A stretch of 57,231 nucleotides of DNA from Chromera velia (Eukaryota): positions 1 to 57,231 of the forward strand of contig JAHBMJ010000096.1 of NCBI GenBank assembly GCA_018398765.1. Direction: 5' to 3'. Position 1 is the stretch's first letter, and each line of letters begins with the position of its first letter. Below the pieces are notes generated by a model that was given only the letters and a program-made list of their open reading frames with translations, did not search any database and was not told the DNA's origin. Positions 1 through 10,198 of the stretch are shown here, one piece after another. Made by a program: the position numbers and the translations under genes.

Positions 1-197
1 CTCTGCTGACTTTTGTTCTACCTGCCTGTGATGTGGAACGATCTTCTTTGAGTTTTTGCTGGTCTCCTTTTCTCTCTATTTGCTGTTTGACAATTTAAAA
101 TTTGCCCATAGACCTAGCTATTGACTCTTTGTCAATTTATACGTACATTTTTTAGTATTGCCTCACATCTACCTACAGAATCTGATCTCCCTAGCTT

Positions 198-1073
198 CCT
201 AGGTGCATCCTGGTAACTTGGTAGTCAGCCAGAAATAGGGGGGTGGTTACCAGGTTGGCCGGAAACCTGGCCGGCCGAGTCGCGGCGGCGCCGCGGGCCC
301 GCGCCGCGGCCCGATCGACGTTCGTGCGGCCCCCGCGCGGCCTTGGCGCAATGGGGGCCGCCGCGACCACGCCCGGCGCGTCAGGCATGCTTGCGATACC
401 CGTGCGCACCTGTATGCAGTCTCCTCTCGCAATTGAATATGATCGTTCAGTGATGCAAAGGTCAGTCACTTTCTTATGTGGAAACGTCGCGACCCTGTGT
501 TGTTGAAACGTTAGTTTTGCTCTTGATTGAGCAGTTGTTCCCCAAAGAAGCTAAACTTAGAAGTTTCAAGATGTCGAAAGGCAAACTGTTCACACAGATT
601 CCAGCTGTCATTCTTCCTTTACAGGGCGGTGCAGAAGTTGGATCGCAAAAGCCCAGAAAATGTGCATTCTGTCAGTTGCATGTCGTCAATACCAAGAAGA
701 GTCTGAAAAGAGGCGCTAGATAGAAAGTATCTGCGCAAATCAGTTGATGGATCAAAATCCCTCAACTGGTTTTTGTTCAGATACAGCTATCGCGTCGAGT
801 TGACTGTGCATGTGTTTCATGCATGAAAGAAAAACAGTTTTAGAATTTAAAAGTTTCCGCGTCTTTCGAATGCGGCCAGATTTTTTTTTAATTTTTTTTC
901 TATAATTTTTTTTTTCTATATTTTTTTTTAATTTTTTTTTCTAGATTTTTATTTTTTTTTTTTTTTTTAATTATATGGCCGGTAAACCGGTAACCTGGCC
1001 ATTATTAAAAAATTGGTCTAGCCCGGCCAGGTAACCGGTTACCCGGTAATTACCTGGCCATCATGCAACTAGG
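198..1073. mobile_element. Non-autonomous TIR DNA transposon (hAT-like, 8-bp TSD)
   Basis: Left end CCTAGGTGCAT(CC)TGG at 198; the right end reverse-complements to CCTAGTTGCAT(GA)TGG ending at 1073. CCTAGCTT is duplicated at 190-197 and 1074-1081. GGTTACC/GGCCAGG subterminal motifs occur at both ends. The only internal coding hint is a short CxxC stretch (KCAFCQLH). Confidence 0.75.
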
Positions 1074-1227
1074 CCTAGCTTCCAGTATCTCTCTCTCTCT
1101 GTTCACTTCGCTGTTCTCGACTCGCCATGTCTTTCAGCTGCCCATCTTTCTCTTCACTCCTTTGCATATTTTTCTTTTTAAACAGTTTTAGTCTCAATTT
1201 TTTTGACCGTATGCGTGTGCTGTGCAG

Positions 1228-2396
1228 AAGAAAGGCCAGAAGAACGCCAAGAAAGTGGAAAACATCACAACCCTAGTCAAATGGCTCAAGGGCGGCTCTT
1301 GAGCAGGACTTATGGCGCTCGATGAGGCCCACAAGGCAAAGAATCTGGAGGGACCGAACGCGTCTAAATCTGGTCAGTGATCAGATTCTTTGAAGTTCGA
1401 TGACGAGAAGAGGAAGTAGTTTTTCTGAGAAAGGCAGACAGACAGACAGACGGACGGACGGACGGACGGATAGAAACAGACAGACAGGCAGGCAGACAGA
1501 GAGACAGACAGGCAAGAAAACAGATATGGATACAAACTGAGTCTTACTCATCAAAGCTGCACAAAAAGAGTTACATTTATAATGCTATTAGGTGTCTCCT
1601 GAATTCTGTCTATGATCCCTCCTCTCATTGAATGCTTCTTGTTTTTCCTTCTTTCTTGGTTTGATCAAATGACTGCATGCCTTCTGTGTTCACCTTTGTA
1701 CGTGGACCGTCTTCAGCAAGAGTGCCGTTGCTGCCCTGTAAGTCCATCCTCTATTTGTTTTTCGCTTAATTGCCGTAGTTTAATTACATACAAATCTTTA
1801 TGAGAGAGAGAGGAGCCTGAGACTGCATGCTCAATTTTCTGTGCGATATGCTTTGAATTATGAAAGTTCCCCCTCCGTTCCTGGTTTCTCACTCTCTTTT
1901 GGCTCCTTTCTATCTATTGGGTGCACACACTTTGGCTAGTTCGTTTCTCAGTCGATCGCTGTATACTCTCTCTTTCATTACTGCCCTCCTTTTTCCTCCT
2001 CTTCGCTTTTTCCTCTTGACATGTTTGAGTCATTCCTTGTTCGTACTCTTTCTTACTTTCTTGGGCGTCGAACCTTTTCCTAACATCAATGTTCGAGATA
2101 CTCAAACAAACTGAATGGCCTATCCTTCTTTTCTCCTCTTTCTCTTTTCTCCTCTGTGCCTTCGTCACTCACAGGTTCTTTACTCCTCGGCGACTGGAGG
2201 GTCCGAGGTGTAGCACATCAGTTACATGCGGCGCCTTGGCCTCTTTGGGGAAAGATATCCCTTCAAAGATGCCGACCATTTCCAGAAAACGGTAGAACAG
2301 TGGAGAGTGGGGGCGGTGGAGGCACTGGCCCTAGCACTGGCCTCCAAACTCAAGGCAGAGGGAAAATTTGTCGCAAGATCGCTGTCTTTATAATGG
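1228..2396 (+). pseudogene. SBNO: Strawberry notch (SBNO)-family helicase-like gene, decayed exons
   Basis: Exon 1228-1372 (AG..GT) reads LVKWLKGGS*AGLMALDEAHKAKNLEGPNASKSG, matching SBNO IVFDECHKAKN..PTKTG. ~1694-1737 reads LYVDRLQQECRCCP followed by GTAAGT. Exon 2175-2396 reads VLYSSATGGSEV*HISYMRRLGLFGERYPFKD...VGAVEALA...LKAEGKFVARSLS, matching VVYASATGASE..MAYM.RLG.WG...F...GVGAME..A..MK..G.YIARQLS. In-frame TGA at 1300 and a TAG in the third exon. Confidence 0.85.
1433..1513. repeat. (GACA)n/(GACG)n intronic microsatellite
   Basis: Direct reading of ggcagacagacagacagacggacggacgg...; the same motif family recurs in introns at ~26850, ~27855 and ~41975-42090. Confidence 0.9.
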
Positions 2397-3378
2397 GTCA
2401 GTCGGCGGATGTGATTTGAATCATCTACACTTATACTTTAGCCTGTCAGGTCTCTCTCCTGTTAAGTTTGAGAGTGGGCGAGAATTCTATTGAGAAATGT
2501 AGCAAAAAAAGAAAGTCAAAAGACTTTTGGGTGTGCAGACAATGCCTTGTGAGACCTAACAGAGTTCGTGACTGTCAAAAGTGCATGAAAAGACACTGTA
2601 CATAGGTCCGCTTCGAAGCCGCTGGCTTCATTAAAGATCAAATAAACTTTAAGGGCTTTTCGTCGTCCAAAAGCTTTGAATGGAAGCAAGTGAACAAGAG
2701 TATGAAGCAGTATGAGTTGCATACTGCCCGCACAAAGTTGACAAAAAAAGTCAGAGCAGTCTAGAAAGCCCTCGGAGTGCGTGTGTACAGAAATTATGAT
2801 GCCTCTATTGTTTGCAGAAAAGCTCAGGAAGTCGTTCCCGGTGTTTCGGGCATCCGAAGACCTCCTTAGCATATGTTTGGAGGGATTTCAAGGCTTGAGA
2901 CATTTTAGGGCAGCCGGGGGGGCTTAAGACATTTCAAGTCATCGGTACCCCCTCAGACTGGGATCACCCATCCTACCATCAACCCTCCTCTAGGATTCTT
3001 AGGAGCGAACACTGGAAGAAGCACCTCTGGTGCTCATTTCACCTTCTACGCTATTCTACACTACCAACACCCAGAACTCAACTACTACAGGTGACCAGAC
3101 GACGACCAGGTTCCCCTCAAATGCAGTCATGGGCCCCTGCAATCCCTCTCCAAACTTGAACCCCCCTCCTCCCCCAAACTCTCCGCCCCCCCGGCCTTCA
3201 GACAGAATTCCAGATGATCCCTCCCCAAAATATATTTTTGGTGTAGCACCAAGTGTTTGTTGCACCTATGAACATGTTTTGTCACTCATCCACACCCACA
3301 CAAATCCTTCCCACTCTTCCTATGCCTAAGCGCACACATCTTATGCAACTCTTTTTCTTTTGCAGAGAGAGAAAGAGC

Positions 3379-3649
3379 AGTTGATTTGATCGCAATGCAT
3401 GCACTGTATCTTTGAGTCATTCTGAGATAAGCTGATTTATGTTGAGCATGCCATTTGGGGTCCATTGCTTTCAAAGTGCAATTAACCAGTATGATGGACT
3501 AAGCAGAAACGGTTCGATCCACGAAGGGATCTCACTGCTAGACTATGCATTAGCCTCGGGCTCCTGCCCCGGCCTGGCTCCGTCATAGCTATTGTCTTTT
3601 CATTGATATACTCAGGCACTAAGCTAGGAAGGTATACACAAATTTCAAT
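3379..3649 (+). repeat. Dispersed direct repeat, copy 1 (~270 bp)
   Basis: agttgatttgat...aatgcatgcact...ggtatacacaaatttcaat aligns with 8396-8670, differing mainly by transitions plus a 4-bp GATC indel. Confidence 0.9.
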
Positions 3650-6600
3650 TGCGGTCACCAGCCGCAACCTCGATCAATCCATGTTCACTTTTTTTTTCTC
3701 TAGTGTTCGTTGGGTAGCTCGCTAGTGCTTTTCTATCCTGAGTACTATCTTTGAGAAGTACAATTTTGATTTCTCTTACGTATGTAGTGCTTGGCTGCTG
3801 CAGCAGAATGGTTGTGAGTCCAATCTTCTTCTGTACGCTCTCTGAGTGACTTATCCAGATTTTGTTGACCCTCCTGCCTGCCTTGTTGAAACGTCGTCGT
3901 AAAGATTTTGTCTCCAAGTGTCAGGCAAGTCAGAGGTAAGTCTCTGTGTCTGGCTGCAAGTGCATGCCATAGCAGATTCCTGTAGAGGGAAGGTAGGACA
4001 ACGTTTTATTCTTTCTGTCGTCTGTGTTAAACTTTTTGTTTGACTTCGTTCTTTCTGAAAAAGCCACTGCCTTCTCATCTCTATGAATTACCGTCATCTC
4101 CGTGAACAGAAAAGGAAAGTTGGGAGGGGAAAAGACATCTGCTTAGCTTTCCGTGCGTCTCTTTCTTTTTGGCTTTGTCTGAAACAGAGCTCCTCTCTTA
4201 TAGAGCGCCTATGTAACACAAGCCACAGAATGAAGGAACGATTTGGTTAAGCAATGGCTGTGTTCTTTCTTTCTCCCATCTCTCTGCATAACTGTGTGTC
4301 ACAAGAAAGAATGTGCTTATCTTGGTTGTCCTCGCTGTCCATCTATGCGTCTGTCAACTTCTGAAGAAAGCTTTCCGTCGTGCCGTCCTCTCCTACTGCC
4401 CGTATCGACCTTTTCCTTCCTTTGTCTACTATGTTTCAGTGTTGTTCAGTCTGGTTCTTTCTCTGCCTTCTTCTTCTTCTTTTGATCCATTTTTTGGCTT
4501 GTCTCTTTTCAGCTTTCTGGCGGGAGGCAACTGGTTTTGAGAAAAGAAGGGGTGGTGTTTGAGCTTCTGTTCGCACTAAGCAACTTTGTGTACAGAAGAA
4601 CGAAAGAGAGGAAATGGGGGGGTTGTGTAGGTCTGTGCATGCAGGGAGGGATTCACACGCTTGCTTAGACTAAGTCTTTTTTGGACGAGACGGAAGGCTT
4701 TGGGGATAGGGGGGGGTGTTTCTTTTGATGTATCTTATCGATTGACTTGCTTTGATGGTCTTGTGTCTGTTCTTTGTCTCCGTTTCCTTGCATGTCAGAA
4801 ATCAGAATTGAAGATACCTTCAAGAAGGAAGGGGGAGGGGACGTTGAAATAAAGCTACATGAGCTTGGCCCTTGTCTGTTCTTCTTTTCTTTCTTGTTCT
4901 TTCTTTCCTTTTTCTGCACTCTCTGCTTGCTTTGCCCACAAAGGGCAGGGGGGGAGGAGTGAAAAAAGAAAAATGAGGAGGTGTGAGGAGCGGGGGGGGT
5001 TGTGTTTATCTTTCTTTTCTTTCTCTTCCTCTCTCTCTTATGCCGTCTCCATACCTTTCTCACTTGGTTATGCTTTTTGTCTGCATATCGGAAGAGGAAG
5101 GCGAGCTAAGGGGGGTTGGGTTGCAAAGCAGAAAAGCAGATGATGAGACAAACTTAGGAGGGTGAACTCAGCTAACAAGCCACAGATTTGGGGGGGTCTG
5201 TGTCATGTCACTGCTCGATCAATGGTACGTTCGAGTTCATATGCCTGAATAAGTGAGTTCTGCAGAGCAGCCTGAATGCATGATGTGGATTGCATTTCTT
5301 TCTTTCTGATTGTGTTTCTTCTTCTGTTTTCTGACGTCCTCTGGCTGTCCTGAGCGGTCCTGAGGAGGCATGATGAAGTGGAAGGCGGGAAGACAGACCT
5401 GTTTGCAGAGAAGAGAAGAGCTGTTGAGTGGTATGGTTGTTTTTGCTAGTTTATGGAGCACCAGCGTAAGAGACGCCATCAGGAAGTAATGAAGTCGGTA
5501 AACGAAAACTCGGGAGAGAAAGAACCTGAACGCAGAGAAAGAAATGAGCAGCGCTGCCAGGATTATGACCTGAAGGAAGTGTGCTCGTCTTTCTTCTATA
5601 TGAGTGCATAGTCTGCGTGCAGCGATAAGTGTGCACTAGCTGCTGTATCTGCATATAAAGATTTGACTTTCAAGCATCCAGCAAGGCTTGCACTCTTTAT
5701 CCGTCTCATTCAAATGATTGACTGGCATTGTATTGTGTGTAGCGACTGGGCTGTGGGGGACTCACGTGAGTTGAAGAAGTTAGGTTGGTCGCACGTCAGA
5801 CTCTTCCTCCGTCTCCACAGTGATTGCTGAGAAGGAATGCTCAAGTGCATGATGAGCGCCGACATGCTCTGTGCAGAACGGAGCAGAGAGAGTGTATGTC
5901 TTTTGTTTTGTTGCTTCCTTTTGCCACCTGGCTGGATGAATGTTCTTCTACTATTGGAGCGGCAAGCCCTTTCAAACTTGTTGATCTGGTTTTCAACTTG
6001 GTCCTTTATTAACTTGCACGCGCGGGCGACGGTAGTCTCTGTTTCTCTCTTCTGTCTCTAGCTTCTGTCTTCTTCATAGATCTGTACACGTCTCTCTCTT
6101 TCCATCCGTCTCGCCTGTCAATCGTTTTCCTTTTTTGTTCTTTCAAGCGTCATGCACATGCACATATGTAGTTATATGTTGTGTAGCAGCTTTGATCTGA
6201 AATGAAGAATAGAAATCTGAGAGCAAAAAGAGATTGTGGGGGAAGTAGTTTGGCTTGTCGTGTATTTATATAAAGACGAACCTCCTCAAGTCTGTTCTCA
6301 CTTCTTTTTCTGCTTTGGTCTTTCTGCAATCTATTGTGTGTTTCTTGTTTTCGCTTCAGCGCTGCCCGACTTCGCTTTGCTTGTATCAAGGTTTGACTGC
6401 TCGGCAGGAAGACCTTAGTCACATTTGTGTAGTGGAGATAGAGGTGTTGGTAGGGGACACTCTCAATGAGCTCGCTCATTGAACAGTGTAGATAGACTGA
6501 ATAGCGGCAAGAGAATTCTTTTTGTATGTGTGAGTACTTCTGTTTCTCCTTCTGTCTCTTCACTTCTGTTTTCTTTTCTTTCTGTCTTTTATCTCTTCTT

Positions 6601-8395
6601 TCTGCCTTGTTCCTTCACTTTGCTTTCCAGGCTTTAATTTGTCTGGGGAGAAATGTGTTTGACCAAAGGAGGTAGGAAGCAAGCGGCAAGGCAAAAGGAA
6701 ATCAAACAGTGTGCGGATGTATGAAAGAAGGAAACATTTGTGCTTGCGAAAGAAGAAAGGAACAGAAGCGTGAGGAAGGGATGAAGAGTTGAGAATAGAA
6801 TGAGCTTCCTGCTTAGCAAATGATAAGAGCACACAAGCATTTGATGCATGTTCAACCAGAAAGCTTCCAACTCTCTTTCCTGATCTGCCTCGCCTGAAGC
6901 AGACACATTTTATGCTTTGCCTGGTCTGAGAAGTAAGATCAGAGAAAGGTCTGTGTGCCTTGCTTCCGTCGCTTTAGCAAAGCGGACAAGAATCACACAC
7001 AAAGAAAAAAAACGAAAACAAACTAAAGAAAAGAAAAGAAAGGAAAAGAAATTTGAAGTCTTTGCCTGTTTATCTTTCTTTCTTTCTATCTCTGTTTCTT
7101 TTATTCAATTCATTTTTATCTCTTTCGTTTTCTTTCTCTCACTTCAACTTACTTCTTCTTTATATGTTCAAAATCCCTGATAAGTCCACAGATGGAGGGG
7201 GGGCATCCAAATTCTCTTCGGGCGAGTTTTTGTTTGCGTTTCGACCGCACCACCTCCGACCAACTCCTTTTTCTTTATGATTGGTTGTTTAGCCGGTGAT
7301 GCGTCTGAAGGGGGAAATGTTGTACGAGCGTTACAGTGAACAGAGAGGAATGATCTTATCCGTATCTCTGACACTGCTCGCTTCTGCTCTGTGGTTTTTT
7401 CTTCTAGTTGTACATCTTTTCTTTCCGCCTTTGCATGTCCTCATCCTTCAGATTCCTTCTGTCTTCCATGTATATAGATCTGACCGTCGTCTCCCGTCTT
7501 GATCGTTTCCCACTAGTCTGATTCTCTATGCCCGACCAACAGTCTTTCGTCTCATTTGTCTCTACAGTCTTTCTGTCTGTAGTTTCTTACCTTGTCTTTC
7601 TTGCTGTCTGTTCAGTGAACCAAACAGTCCAAACCACTCACAATGAGTACGACAACTATCATTATGTTTCATCTATGTATGAATGACCGTCTGTACGCTG
7701 TTTGCTTCTATGAGTTCTTGTCTCACTGATTGTCTCTTCTGTTTGTCTGCATCTCTCTTTTCTCTTTTCCATCCTATCAATTCATATAGAGAACAGCCAT
7801 ACATAGTGATTTCAAGGGGACGAGAAAAAAGTTGAGTCAGACTGACAGAGTGTATGCTCATGCATACATTCCTTCAAAGAAGACCCCCACCGTTTTACAT
7901 AGTAGTTTGGTCTTACCTTACTTTTGTGGGCGAACGTCAGTCAGGGGAGTGCCATTGGGAGGAAGTCTACTTATATAAGTCTGTATCTCATGTGTGAGAT
8001 CAGCTCTGATTTTTCAATTTCTTTTATGCGCTCTTCATGAGTTGAAGCCTTGTTTATTTTGCTTCAATCTATTGCGCTTTTGCAGTTTGAGTTGCTTTTA
8101 ATCGAAGTGAGGGACATTAAATGAAGTGGATATTGATTTGATCAAATGATCTGGAGCTTTGACATGCACGAACATCCATCACTATATTGTGAGTGTGTCC
8201 GCTGTCTTGTTTGCACTGTTGTCAACACGAGTAAACGCGAATGTTCTCAGTATTCTTTACAATCTGAGTGCCCGTCCGCTCTGTCCATCTCTTAGCAATG
8301 CTTTGTTTTTTCACTGCTGCTGCATTGACTGCTGCATATTGGTACATTGTTTTGAATTGCCTGGTTACGTCCAGTATGCTTCCGGCCAAGGGGGG

Positions 8396-8670
8396 AGTTG
8401 ATTTGATTACAATGCATGCACTATATCTTTGAGTCATTCCAAGATAAGCTGATTTATATTGAGCATGCAATTTGGGGTCCATTGCTTTCAAAGTGCAATT
8501 AGCCAGTATGATGGACTAAGCAGAAACGGTTCGATCGATCCATGAAGGGATCTCACCGCTGGACTATGCATTAGCCTCAAGCTCCTGCCCCGGCCTGGCT
8601 CCATCATAGCTATTGTCTTTTCATTGGTATACTCAGGTACTAAGCTAAGAAGGTATACACAAATTTCAAT
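8396..8670 (+). repeat. Dispersed direct repeat, copy 2 (abuts the truncated 5' end of the hAT element)
   Basis: Near-identical to 3379-3649; both copies give the same short minus-strand ORF start (MKAMDPK..HAQ.KSAYL). Confidence 0.9.
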
Positions 8671-9505
8671 AGCTGCAGGATGGAAAGAACCCGATAGGAC
8701 TCGCGCTCCCTATTCTGGGGCGGCACCGTACAGGCCTCCCGGATTAAGACGCCATCTTGGCATGGCATGGCGACCAAAAGGCCTCTTTGTGAAGATGAGC
8801 TTTATTGCAGACTTGTCCGGATGGAGCCGACTTCCTATCTGACCGTGAAGGACTTAATATTCAAGGTTTCTTACCTCGTTGAACAGAAGATCAAGGCTGA
8901 AGTCACTGTGGCCGACATTGATGTGCGCTACCTCCTGATGGATGGCTGAGAAGGTGCTCAAAGCACTCATTACCTTGGTGTCTTTCTCCGATACGTCGTG
9001 AAGGGCGAAGACGGGAAAAATGTCACCCAGTCACCTCTGGTTGGACTGGCGCTTCACCTTGATGAGACAGAGGCAGACACCGAAGCGCACATCGACCTCG
9101 TCAAAGCCATCCTTTGGCTTTATGACCTCAACCTTTCCGATCTAAATGCAGTGGCTGCCAATAATACTGCATTGAACAAGAAGTTTGCCAGAGAGATTGT
9201 GCGTCCGTTCCTTGGCTGCAACTTGCACCGCCTCAATCTTGCAGTAAACGTCCTTTTTCTGCAGTATAATGACATCATCGAGAAAGTTCGGCAGATCATG
9301 TTCCACTTCAAGGGCCAGAAGGCCAGGGCGCACCTCCGAAAGCACATACCCCTTACTCCCGTTGTGTCCAATGCCCCCCGGTGGACAGTGAAATTCGCTA
9401 TGGTTGAGAGGCTGCTGAAGATCTACAAGCATATGATTGGTGATGCAACCCTTCGTAGAGAAATCAATACCAAGGGTCTGGTGCTTACTTCAACTGAGGA
9501 GGAGA

Positions 9506-9695
9506 CGCGCTGCACGCACTCATGAACCATTGGTTCATGTTTTGGTCATGAGCTACCAAAAATTCATTTGTAGGCAAAAAGTCTTCTTTTGAGGGGCAAA
9601 AACCCCCCTAAAACTACGCTAAAACCCCCTTTAAAAACCATAAAATTCACTTTTCAAAGAGGCTATACCAAAAATTCAGGAGTGTGTGCAGCGTG
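9506..9695. mobile_element. 190-bp MITE with 8-bp TSD
   Basis: TIRs CGCGCTGCACGCACTCATGAA and (reverse complement) CACGCTGCACACACTCCTGAA; TSD GGAGGAGA at 9498-9505 and 9696-9703. Removing it restores the transposase frame (TEEETLKRFH). Confidence 0.9.
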
Positions 9696-10198
9696 GGAGG
9701 AGACACTGAAACGTTTTCACAGTGTCTTCAGGAAGCTTCACGATGTTACGACTATCATGCAGGTGCGCACTTTTTTTTTATTTTTTCTGTTTTTCACTTT
9801 TCAGTTTTTATGTCTGCATATTTTCTCTTCCCCCTTTATACTTGTATGCAGGGGGATGACATTGACCTCGACAAGGCCAGAACATTGCTAGACTCCTGCA
9901 TTTAGCTTGTCAACCAGTCCGACCTGTTTACTAACGACACCAAAAAGAAGTTTGAACCGTACATTACCTCTGACAGCTGAAAGAACGACTACGAGGATCC
10001 TCATTTTGAGACGACGATCGTGAAAGTGATCAACCAGAGAGGTGGAGCAAGTGTTATATTTACCAGAGCAGAGAAAGAGGCCTTGAACAAGGGCCACTGG
10101 CGTTTCGAGGATCGTTCCGATGCCGACGACGAACAACCCGCAGGTCCACGAGGCTTTGTTGAGAGCGATGAGGGCAACTTTGCTTTCCCTATCAAATT

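Noticed and set aside
4100..8150. Numerous 60-140-aa F/L/S- or K/R-rich ORFs
   Set aside because: They are translations of pyrimidine/purine-rich intron-like sequence with no coding signal.
3379..8670. LTR retrotransposon bounded by the 270-bp direct repeats
   Set aside because: No TG..CA termini, TSD, primer-binding site or gag/pol remnants seen.
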